A stretch of 64,000 nt of DNA from Azolla caroliniana. Taxonomy: Eukaryota; Plantae; Polypodiophyta. This document shows positions 50,101 through 62,500 of the stretch, in pieces; the first letter of the stretch is position 1, and each line of letters begins with the position of its first letter. The position numbers and the translations under genes are program-made. Below the pieces are notes generated by a model. That model saw nothing but the letters and a program-made list of their open reading frames with translations. It searched no databases and was not told where the DNA came from. The DNA lies in contig JBHGNT010000017.1 in NCBI GenBank assembly GCA_043228905.1, positions 14,136,001-14,200,000 on the forward strand, read 5' to 3'.

Positions 50101-52361
50101 CGGACCACAAGAGCCTCCAAGCAACCAAAGCACATCTCGGCCAAGTCCAAAGATGGACAAAGGGAAGACCAAAATGCCGGAATATGAAGACGATCACTTC
50201 GACGACAACGAATCGACTCACTCACTCGATAGTGAGTTCGATGGATTTGATGCGCCTCTTATGAGGTCACCTGGAGTTAAGAAAGCACTCACATCGGTAA
50301 ATGAGAAACTTCGTCACTCCACCTGAGAGAAGAATCCGGTTAGCGGATTTGGTTACGACTATATGGCATACCATTGTGCCTTTATGATGAAGGTGGCAAC
50401 AGTTTGAGAACTGGAGAGCTTTGCTGAAGCCGCTAAAGATCCACGATGGATTGAAGCGATGAATGAGGAGATGCAAGCTCACAGCAAGAATGAGACGTGG
50501 GATCTCGTCCCTCACTCATTGCACAAGAAGGCAATCGGCTGCAAATGGATATACAAAGTGAAGTATAATACTGACGGTTTCGTCAACCGCTACAAAGCTC
50601 GGCTCGTAACAAAGGGCTACACACAAACATAAGGAGTCAACTATGAAGAGACCTTTGCCTCGGTGGCAAAGATGACAACCATGCGGACCATGATAACACT
50701 TGCTGACACAAAAGGGTGCCACCTCCACCAGATGGATGTCAAGAACGTCTTTCTTCAAGGCGAATTAGTAGAGGAGGTGTAAATGGTACAACCACCGGGC
50801 TTCAAATCCAATATTCATCCGAAAGTCTTCTACCGACTCAAGACGCCTCTATACGGCCTTAAGCAAGCACAACGTGCTTGGCACTCAAAGATAACACAAT
50901 ATCTTCATCGAATTGGCTTCCGAATTTCCAAATATGACAATTCTCTCTATGTAATAAGCAATTCTGAAAGTCTGATTGTCATCATCCTATACGTGAATGA
51001 TCTGGTCATTGGAGGTGAGCATCTAGTCGACATCAAAAGGTAAAATCCCTCCTCTCTAGCAAATTCGAGATGATAGACATGAAAGAGCTCCATTACTTCC
51101 TTGGCATCGAGGTAATCCGGACTCCAACTGGAATAATGATCTCTCAACGACACTACATCCTCAACTTGTTATACAAGTTTAGGATGACCGAGTGCAAATC
51201 TGTGGCAACTGCTCTCGATCGAAACCTCAAACTGGATGTCGGCTTCGGCACCATAGAGTGTGAGCCGACTCAGTATCGACAACTGATCGGGAGCCTCATC
51301 TACCTCACGATTACGCAACCCGACCTGAGCTATTTGGTCGACCTCCTTAGCCAATTCATGCAAACTCCACGATATATCCATTCGGATTGTGCTAAGCGAG
51401 AGCTACAATACGTAAGTGGAACAATGGACTATGGCATTCTCTATAAGTCGGCCATGCCAATTCAACTCAAAGGGTACACAGATGCCAATTGGGCTGACTA
51501 CCAAGCCAATTGACGATCAACCTCTGGTTTCGTCTTCTCCCTCAGAAGTGGAGCCATATCCTGGAGTAGAAAGAAGCAACCAACCATCGCTCTTTCAAGC
51601 ACAGAGGCCGAATACAGGGGCACGGTGATGGCTGCATGTGAAGTCGTATGGCTCAAGAGGATATTGAAGGATCTGGGTGTTCCCATCAAAGATTTGATTC
51701 CCCTTTACTGCGACAACATGAATAGTATTCATTTGGCTCGGAACCTAGTGTTCCGCCCGCACATGAAGCATATCAAAGTGCACTATCACTTCATTCGAGA
51801 GCACGTTCAGGCTGGAGATGTCGACCTTCAACACATAAACACGAATCTTCATATAGTTGACATCTTCACTAAAGCCCTAAGAGCCGACAAGCTTCAACAA
51901 TTCATGTTAGACCTTGAATTGATGATCCCTGACTTGCCAAGCTTGAGGGGGAGTACGTCCGAACCGGGTATCAATTGAAGCGGACACCAAACAGAGAGAA
52001 CCAAATACCGTTCGAATCGGGTACCAGTCGAAGTGAACAAGCTGACCCAAGTTGAGCTTGAGGGGGCATGTTGAGAATCAAGCTCAACCTAGCCTAGTGT
52101 GTGAACACTCAAAGGTCAAAAGTCACATCACTACTCTTTACACATTAACTATGTGTCATAGAATCATATTCTATGACACATAACTAATGAGTTTCCACAT
52201 TCCCCATGACTCATGGGCTTCAGTGGTTAATGAAGAGAGAGAGTGACTATATAAAGCACTTTCATCCTACTTTGTAATATGTCGGTTAATCTCCTTTGTA
52301 ATACACAATCTTCTTGAGTATTTTTCTTATCTATCTTGTGTTTCTCTCCCTCTCTCTTTCT

Positions 52362-52417
<56 letters not shown>

Positions 52418-53553
52418 ACACATCTCTAACCTATTCTACTGCACGAGAATCGCCATCGATTCTTTAGACTATTCTTAAGGTGTTTTCACGTCCTATGTGA
52501 AGCTGAGTTTGATTCTCAACATATATGGTAAGAATTTCAAATTATGGTTCAACATTGTTCCTATAGGAGCAAGGGTGGGGCCATATTGTCACAACTCCCA
52601 CCATTGAAACTCAATTATAGAGGGGAGAGATATTTCTTAGTCAAGGGTGGCATTTGGTGACTCGGGGATGCTCATTCCATGCATGCCTTTCTTCAATACA
52701 TTGTCATTGTAATTGTTTAGCTACATTGACCCATCCCCACACTTTTGCTTTGATATGCGTATTTACATATTCTTTGACTACTTTAACCCAACATTAACAT
52801 CTTGAGTCAAGGGTTAAATTTGCCCACTTAAGACTTTACAATTCAATAACGAGTATTTGACACTTTGTGACGCATTAAACACTATATTTGAGATTCTATC
52901 GTTCGGAGTTTACTAAATCACGCAGTGTTTTTCTTACGGGTTCGTTAAACGTCCATCCATCCATCCATCCATCTTCTCGAGGCTTGCCATGGATTTTGGG
53001 GGTCGTGTTTGTCTCGTGTTCCATAATACACCACCGAAGTATCCTTGTCGAGGAAACGATTAATGTTCTGATTGGCGAAGAAAGGCAGATCCGATGACCA
53101 AAATGGCGATCAACGTTCCGATTGGTATGGTTCCGATCCGAAGTTCCTTCCTGATTCCAAAACCATTGGAGTGATGCGAGGAAATGTATCGAATCGATCG
53201 AGGTCTATTGTGTGTGAAATCTCAATACTATCATTATTCATATTCACACAAAGTTTTGAGAAAGAGAAAAAGGTAAGAAGAGCAAATTCCATGATAAAAA
53301 TGCCCAAAGACTGACTGACTGAGGGCTGTGAGCAGTGATTTTGTTTTGTTTTTATCATTACTTTCATCAGGGTTTTCTGTTCTGTTCATTGTCTCTTCTG
53401 TGTGGAAGCTTAATGGTAGTAGAGTGATATATGCCCTAGTTTGGACTGAAATCCCGTCTCCTCATTTCCCAATATCCCCTGCCACTCTGAAGAGGAAGGA
53501 AGGATTCTCTTCATTTCGTTCGTTTGTTCGTTCGGTCTTCTGTTTGAAAGACG

Positions 53554-56500
53554 ATGCCGGGAAGCCATGAGACAGGTAATCATTAACCCTCAAAATTTCA
53601 TTAATCCTCAAAATTTCATTAATCCTCAAAATTTCATTAATCCTCAAATATTTCATTAACCCACAAGATTTCATTAACCCACAAGATTTCATTAACCCAC
53701 AAGATTTCATTATGATGAATCTATCTAACTTTATATTTTCTTCCGTTACCCAAACGCAGGCTCTTGCAGGATTCCACAACCCGGAAAGAGAAACGTGCTT
53801 GTGACGTCTGCTCTTCCTTATGTCAACAATGTGCCACACCTTGGAAATATTATTGGATGTAAACCCCAAAGATATAATCTTGCGTCTTTGTTATTTATTG
53901 ATTTGTTTATGACATGCACATGTATTGCATTGCATGCGACCTCTTTTATGTTACCCAACATTATTGAATTTAAAGCTGGAAGATAGAGTGATGCTGTTTT
54001 TTTTGTCATAACATGGAATTTTATAATATGTAAAAGCCAAAAGATTTAACTTAAATCATTCTTTTCTTCTATGGCATGAAAAAGTTGAAAAATAAACGCA
54101 GAACTGTTCATTATTGATTATAATGTAAGTTTGAGCTTCTACATGTGCAGGTGTATTGAGTGCCGATGTATATGCACGTTATTGCCGTCTTCGAGATTAC
54201 AATGTCATCTATATGTGCGGCACGGATGAATACGGGACAGCCACTGAAACGAAGGCCATGGAGATGAATCTTACTCCTCAAGAAATTTGTGACAAGTAAG
54301 AATAGACATCATTGCATTAAGTGAGTTCAACAGGAATACATGTATGTTAACATGTATGTGTGTATACATATATATATATATGGATCTATATATGTATATG
54401 TGTGTGTATATGTTTGTATGCATACATTAGCACATAGCTTTTAAAATTCTGTTTGAATTCCTGCTCCATCTCTTTACTTGAAGCCTATGTTTTAATAAAT
54501 CTATTATAATTTCAGATATCATGCAATTCACAAAGAGATATATGAATGGTTCGATATTAAATTTGACAAATTTGGTAGAACCTCCACAAGAGAGCAGACC
54601 GAAATTTGTCAAAAGATTTTCTTAAGACTACTTGAGAAAGAGCGACTTATTGAAGATAAGATAGAGCAGGTAAGTTTTATACTACACTCCATGAATTTTT
54701 TAACATTTTGTCTAGTCATTTTACTCTGTTTGAATTAATTTGTTTGTTGAGCAGCTTTACTGCAACAATTGCAAACGCTTTTTAGCAGACAGATTTGTGG
54801 TGGGTGTATGCCCTCACTGTGCCCATGATAATGCCAGAGGTGATCAGTGTGAGCTCTGTGGCAAGCTGTTAAATCCTACAGAGCTGGTGGATCCAAAATG
54901 CAAGGTAAGAGTAATGAAGTATTATTTTCTTTGGGAAGGTGAGAAAAATAATACATGGGACCAATAAAAGAATTGATAAAAGCATTCTTCCTTTTCTATG
55001 GGGCTAGATTGCACATGTTAACTGTACCACTCTCTTGGTTAAAGAAGAGTATTTCTTAGAGGTAAACACTTATTCTGAGCTGCATGTGTGCACTCATCCA
55101 TCAGCAACTTTTTGCAATATAGAAGTCTACACGACCTTTTCATTTCACTTTTTGATACCCCGGGATGTTTCTGTACACAGAATTCCCCATGTTTTTGCCA
55201 AGTCAACTTCTGATGGATTGTGGCATTGAATGAGAGTTTTCAGCCCAAAATAGTGCATATCACTCTACCATTCTTCCACACAAAAGGCTGTGAATAGATC
55301 ACCTGAAAGTAACCAATGCTCATTCACAAATTGCATGCAAAGATATGTAAGTTGGGAAAACACAACAATAGCTCTGGCTCTTTGGGTATTTATCAGAATA
55401 CCCTGGGATGTTTCTGTTCACAACATTCCCCATGTTTTTTTCAAATGAAGTTCAGTGCAATTTCATGAGGAAAATGTGATAGGTATGGTTTTTGCTGTGA
55501 CAGGGATTAATTGAGAGAGCTTTCAGTCCAAACTAGTGCATATCACTCTACCAGTCTTCCATGCAAAGACTGAATAGAACACCCTGAAAGTAACCAATGC
55601 CCATCCACATACTGCATACGAGAAAATGGTAAAACATTTCTACACCCCTCACTCTTTGGGATTTTGTCAGAATACTCCTAGGTTTTCACAAAGTACCAAA
55701 GTGCCCCTACATTTTCAAAACCATTTTGTTACGGAGGGGTATTCCAATAATTCTTCAAAACATTGAGGTATTTTTTCCCTAACATGGTTTCATATACCTT
55801 CACGTAGACAGTGAATGCTTTGTAAATGCCATTGTGCATTGACCACACAAAGCTTAGGATAGAGTTAGCCAATAAGATAAACTTTGAGGAGTATTGGGTA
55901 GGGATCGGCAACGGCTCGGCTCAAGCCTAAACCGTTTGGCTTAGCCGGCTTAAAGTGGCTTAGCGGCTCGGTTTAGGCTTGAACTTGCCTTAATGGTTTG
56001 AGCTCGACTCGGCTTGGCTTGAGTCTCGCCAAACTGGCTCAAGCCGTTTAGAAACTTTAGAGAGAGAGGGGGGGGGAGAGGGAGGGAGACAACAGACAAG
56101 GGGAAAGAGAGAGAGAGAGAGGTTTCCAAACTGGTTTGGAATCCGTTTACCAAATCGGTTCACAAACCGGTTTAGGCTAAATCGGTTTGTGAACCGGTTC
56201 GGTTCAGGTTTGAGATCCCCAAAACGGTTTAGGCTTAGCCGGTTTGGCTTGGATCAGGCCAAACTGGCTAAGCCTAAACCGAACCGTTGCCGATCCCTAG
56301 TATTAGGTGTAGAAAATTGGCGAGCAATGCCTTGTTGAGAGGAAAAATAGTGGAAAACTTGTGAGATAAACTCTCCACCATGTCTGACTTGATCTTTCGA
56401 ACTTTCTTTGATGTCTCGTTCTCAACAAGAGCTACCCATTCTTAAAATTTGGTGAAGGCTTGAGATTTTTCTGCAAGCAAATAAACCCAAACCTTACTTG

Positions 56501-59500
56501 AGAAATCATAAATGATAAGCATGAAGTAGTGTGCACCACCAAGAGTAGTAGTTTTCATTGGACCACAAAGATCCATGCGTACTAACTCCAAGATAGGTGT
56601 TGCACATTGAGTGGCTTGATGAGGGAAAGGCCCTTGATGTTGCTTGCTATGAAGACAAGCAACACATGGGGTATTGGGAGTTTTGAAAATAGGAAGACCC
56701 TCAACTTGCTGCCAAGAGGAGAGCTTTTGAAGAGAGTTTTTGTTAAGATGACCAAACCTAGCATGCCGCAACTTGGGATCTTCTTGTCCCACCAAGGCAT
56801 GACAGCCTTGAAGAAGATGAAGAAGATGAAGAAGATGAGAGTTGGATTTTTCCAAGGGGTTGTGGGAACTTTTCAGGCAGTATAAACCCCCTTTTTGTGT
56901 GCCATCATGTATAATTTATAGGCTGTTGGTGTCAATGCCTTCCAAAACTGAGCTATTAAAGTAGACACCACAACCTAGTGATTCGGTAGACTGAAAGTAA
57001 GTTGGTGGAGATGTGAGGCTTGAAGAATGAGAGGTTCATCATTTGAAGAAATGTTAAGAAACACATTACCCACACACGAAACCTCAATGCTTGAGGCATC
57101 TCCTATGGAGATTGGGGAGGACTTGGGCTTGACATCATGCAAAATGGATTTGTCATAAGTCATGTGTGCGGTCACACCACTTTCTACTGACCACTCATCA
57201 ATGGTTGAGGTAGTTGGTCCAACCAATATGAAGGATGTTCTTCAATGCTAAGGAAAACTGTTTCTTTGGCTGAGTGGGCTGAGTTTGATTTTGGTGTAGG
57301 TTGACTTTCAGTAGAAGAAGATTTCTTGGCATTGTCCCTTGTCTTTTTCCGACAGTCGGGCTGAATATGACCTTTGTAGCCACAATAATGACACCTGGTA
57401 TTTGTAGGTTGGGTTGTTTGTTGGTCTTGGATCGGGTTGGCTGTAGGAATTGCCATTGTGCTTCCACTTGCCTTTACTTTTCGCATAGAGAAGGGTCTCA
57501 TTAGAAGTTTGAGCACTTTTCTTCATTGTGGCCCTGTCTTGAAGCATGCCAACAAATGTATTCATATCAGGTGTGTTGATAAGAAGAGAAATTGTGTCAA
57601 AATTTTGAGAATGATTCAGGTAACTTGATCATTAGATGACGCACAAACTCAACTTCGGTTGATTTGCTTCCCAAGGAAACTAGCTCCTTTTGGAGAGTAA
57701 CAAAGTGTGTAATTTGATCCATGATGTTTGGAGTGCCATGAATCTTGAGGTTTGGTAGTTGATTCTCAACAGCTATCTTTTGAGCATGATTAGCTCTTTG
57801 ATGCTTGCGTTTGATGGCTGTCCATAGTTCGTTGGCTGTCTCTTCATCTTTATCTTGAAATTGACAGGTAATGCTAGGTTTAATATGAACATGAGGAAAG
57901 CATGAGCATGAGAATCCTTATCTAGCCGAGCTTCAATCTCAGCTTTAGATGAACCAACTGCTGATGTGGTTGAAGAAGATGACGTTGGTTTCGTCTCATT
58001 ACCATTGACTACATTCCATAGACAATGGTATGCAAGGTCTTTATCTGCAGTTCCCAATCTAAGATGGACTCTTTGGGGAGTTGGGCAATGGTTGATGAAA
58101 CAATGGTGGCATGTGGGCCATGGGTATCCTCCTCTTCAGCAACAACTGGACTGTTTACAGGAGCTTTAAGTAGATGCGTAGAGTCTTTCTACTCCTCCCT
58201 TGATGCTAGGTGAGGCAAAAGAAGAACCTCCTTTGTAGGGTTGAGAGGGAGGCTGCAAAGAAAGGAGAACTCCTCTTTAAGGGTGGGATAAAAGATGATA
58301 GGCTTGTGTGCTCTTTGGCAAAAAATGAGGCTGAGGCTATGGAGACCTCACAGGTCTGATACCATGTAGTTAAAGCTGTTTATAGCAACAGCGGAACAGT
58401 TGTTAGAAAAAATAGACACAGCCAAGCTTTGAGACGGCTGTTAGACAATAGTAGCAAAATAGTTGCAAAGAGTAGAGACGCATCCAAAGAGTAGAGCCTG
58501 TTTGCAAGTAGCAGCAAAAATAAAGTTCTTACAAAAGAGGCTGGTATAACCTATTTATACAAAAATTGGAGAACATGGGTGAAATGGTTGTTTGGTAGTT
58601 AAGTGACTCTAGATTCTAGAAGAGAGAAGGCATTTAAAGCATTGCAGATTCTAGACAAAGAAGGCATTTAAAGAGTTGCAGATTCTAGAGAGAGAAGAAT
58701 TTAGGAAGAAAGGAAGAAAGAAAGAAAGATATATTAACGTCTTTTAAGAGGCCAAAATGGCCTATAGGACCAAACAAGAGATTACATCTTAAGTGTTGTC
58801 TCGTCTTTGAGAACAAATCAAAATAAAATAAATACTACATAGTAAATATAAAAGTAAATAAGATGAAAAGAAAATAAACGAAGGAATCTTGTTTTTGGCA
58901 CATGTGAGATTCTCAAGTTAGGTATATTGTAGCTTTTGTCTTCGAAAGGTCTCTAGCATAGGTCGATCCAGAATGGAAATGTCTCCGAAGCAAGGGAAGC
59001 ACCTACAATGGCGGGAGATAATGGCTTTTATCTGTTGGTGACAAGGGTGTTGAGGTCGTGGTCCATGGGGCCGGGGTCTACGTGCACGCCAAATTTTCAT
59101 TGCCCGATCAATTGTAACACCTTTGTTATGTCCTGGTTTGGAGCCCATTTGTGTATCCCGTGATTGACTTGTAGCGTTCTCCTTGGTGTTCTTCAGATTC
59201 CACTCCTTGATGACACAATTGGCAAATTCTCTCTTCTAGAGGTAGTCGTGTATATCTGCCTACCTCAATCTGTAGCTGATGTGATGAAGTTTGCAGCTGC
59301 CCTATTACACTACGCAGCGCATAGGATAGATGTATGTCCATATACGGTGGCCTGATGACAAATCCATCCTCCGATGTGTGTAAGAAGTGTGTCTTATAGT
59401 GGGCCATCTTTGTACCAAGTGGTATTTTGGGGCTGATCCATGTTATCTTGTTTTCCAAGTTAATAATATCAGTTAGGATCACTCTATTCTTTTCCACTTT

Positions 59501-62500
59501 GGTCATATTTAGATGGGGACAGTCCAAGCTATATTGGAACGGGGGTAGTGCATTTATACTCATGCCATGTGACTCGAACCATTGCTGCATTTCAGCATCC
59601 CAACAATGACTGTCTCCATTTTCAGCCAATTGTCTTGATGACATAAGTGCCAACCATGGGTAACTTCGTTTAGGGAGCTCCCAAAGACGGTGGATAAATG
59701 TCACTGATTGGAACAATGTCTCGGTTATTATAGGTGCTGCTCCCATCTCTGCCTGGATTATATCGTGGGGCACTGATGCTTTGCTCCGTATCATGTGAGC
59801 AATCATTGACACTAAAGGTCTCTCTAAATCTTTCCAATGATTTGCCTTGTTAAGACTCGGTCCCCATGTTTCTACTCCATAGAGAAGAGTTGGTGTGACA
59901 AGTGTATCAAATAACTATAGCTTAGTTCGTGGCTCTTGGAACTGCAAATGTCCACATTGTCTCTTGAGAGCACCAAGGGCTGCATATCCACGAGAAAGTC
60001 GAGCACAAGCAGCTTCCTGTAAGGAGAACCTAAGTCGTGTAAATGTTACTCCTAGGTATGTGTAGGAGCATGTGTAGAAGAGAGAATGTAGATGAGAGAT
60101 AATAAAGGTGAAAGAGAGTGCAGGCCACCTTCCAACAAGCTATTGATCATATTACAGTTTCGGTCAATTTTGTTTGCCTTTTCTTCAGTTTCACACTTTC
60201 ATGAATAGGACTAGCCTTTGGGCTTTGATCTTGCATCACAAACTCTTATACAATAGACTGCACTAGATCCACATTGTAAAGAGAAGTGATCAAGTCTGAA
60301 AGCAATGAATAATGTTGGGCGGCAAAGCTACAGTAATGATCTTTTGTAGATTTGCTGAATGCGCCAAGAAAGCTCACTATTTTCAACATTTTTAGCACAA
60401 ATTTACAAGACATGCATCCTTTGTCTCCAAGAAGTAGACAAATGATGCCTTCTACAAGTTGATATAAATCTTGAAAAAGGTTCATTGTACACTTCTCCTT
60501 CACTATGTTTAGCCTTACTTGAGAGATGTGGTGTCCAAGCAGTCAAGGAAAGTACATTCACAGGTTTCTTGGTGATGGCTGTAGATCTGGCAACAACAAT
60601 TTGTTGTGAATGTAAACCCTTTTCATTGACAGATAAAAGGCCATTATCTCTTGCCATCATAAGTTCGTCCCTTGATTTGGAGATCTCTCCAACCATGCTA
60701 GAGATCTTTCGAAGACAGAAACCACAATCCATGTGACTTGATAATTTCACAATGTATAGATAATGGGATTCTTTAGTCACTTTTGTTTTCATTTACTTTC
60801 TATTTAGTTATGTTTATTTTAGACGAGAAAACAGTTTATGATGTAAGATCTAAGACATCAATATATATCTTCTTTCTTTCTTTCTTTCTTCACCATCTCC
60901 CTAGCTGGAATGAAAGTTCATAAAAGAAAGAAAGCCCAAAATTAATTAATATTGGAGAGTAATTGTACATGACCTAGAGTTGAGTTAAGTGTATACAGTA
61001 AGGTTGGTTCGAAAATACTGGGTCGGCTTGAAGATAAGTATATTGTAGAACTTGTTAACAATCCATTGGGTTACTTTAGGAGAGAGAATCTATTTAGGAG
61101 GAGGTGAAGGGCACATGAAAGGGTGTAGAATTTTAGTGTTCATTTAGGGAAGGCCCATCAGTCAGTCCAGTTCCTAATACATTTTCAGTCGTTATGGTAT
61201 TCTGGGCATCAAGATGCAATGGAAATCTTCATGAAGATACAAACCAAACAAAGTGCATGAAGAACGTATGCCAATAAGAGCAGGAATAATTTTTTTCAAA
61301 CCTTCAAAAGAATCATGATTACATATTAGTACATACTAGCAATTTGGATATGTGGGTAGTCTAACCGTGCTCAAATTTGTTCAGGTGTTAGGTTAAGACC
61401 TGGTCTCTACATTTAGTTTTGCCAGATGGAAAATAGATCATATTTGTATCTTTGATGATGGTTTGATTGCTAGCCTCTTTGGCTTCTTTAAAGTGTTGCC
61501 TAACCTCCCAGATGCGGGTGTTTTCCCATGACACCCTTTGCAGTTCAATAGCAGTAATCACAGGATTTCAGGATCTATGCTGCTATAAATTTTCAGTAGC
61601 TATTTTGCTATAAGTTGCTTTTCCTCTGGTCTAGAGTTGTCATGAAATCTATTGAGTTTTGCACCTTTGTACCTTCTTTATTGTACATAATGTAATGCAA
61701 TACCTTCTATGAAAAGTAAGTGTTAAATGAGTGAATTTTTGGAAATTGCAGATCTGCAACCATAGTCCTTGTGTCAAAGAAACTGAACATCTGTTTCTTG
61801 ACCTTCCAAAACTCAAAGGTCAGCTAGAAGAGTATGTTAATGGGACCTCTACTTCTGGTGGGTGGAGTTCAAACTCTGTTCAGACTACAAATGCATGGAT
61901 TAGAGATGGTTTGAAACCCAGGTGCATCACACGTGATTTAAAATGGGGAGTTCCGGTACCCCTGGAGAAATACAAGGACAAGGTGACTTGGTCTAGTATA
62001 TCTGATTATGACTTGGAAATGGATGAATTTCATGTGATGGTGACTTGGAAATGGATGAGTTTCAGGTTTTCTATGTGTGGTTTGATGCTCCGATTGGTTA
62101 TATATCTATTACTGCAACTTATACAGCTGACTGGGCTAAATGGTGGCAATCAAAAGAGAATGTAGAGCTTGTGCAGTTTATGGGGAAGGACAATGTCCCT
62201 TTCCACACCGTAAGGTTCCCAAATCTTTACTAAAAGATTGTATTTCAAACTTTTCATTTCTAACAGGATGATATACCAGGTCATATTCCCGTGCACTCTA
62301 ATTGGTACTGGTGATCCTTGGGTCTTGATGAAAACCATAAGTGTCACAGAGTATCTTAACTATGAGTCAGGTTTGCAGTTTTATTACTTTTGAACTCCAT
62401 ATATGTAGTCCAATACTGTATTGTAATCCAGCTTTGTGTCTGAATGTAGAGTTCAAAATTCTCTCTTCACGTGCTTACATCAGTTCTTATTTTATTGCTT

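Larger units (their letters stand above)
37223..52468 (+). mobile_element. Decayed Ty1/copia; 5' LTR (37223-37581 plus 47653-47664) split by the gypsy; 3' LTR 52069-52468
   Basis: Both LTRs start TGTTGAGAATCAAGC. PBS TGGTATCAGAG at 47665-47675, gag/integrase/RT/RNase H fragments with many stops at ~47820-51978, and a PPT before 52069. No matching TSD. Confidence 0.9.

Noticed and set aside
53580-53712. CRISPR-like array
   Set aside because: Head-to-tail repeats without unique spacers, in a eukaryotic intron.
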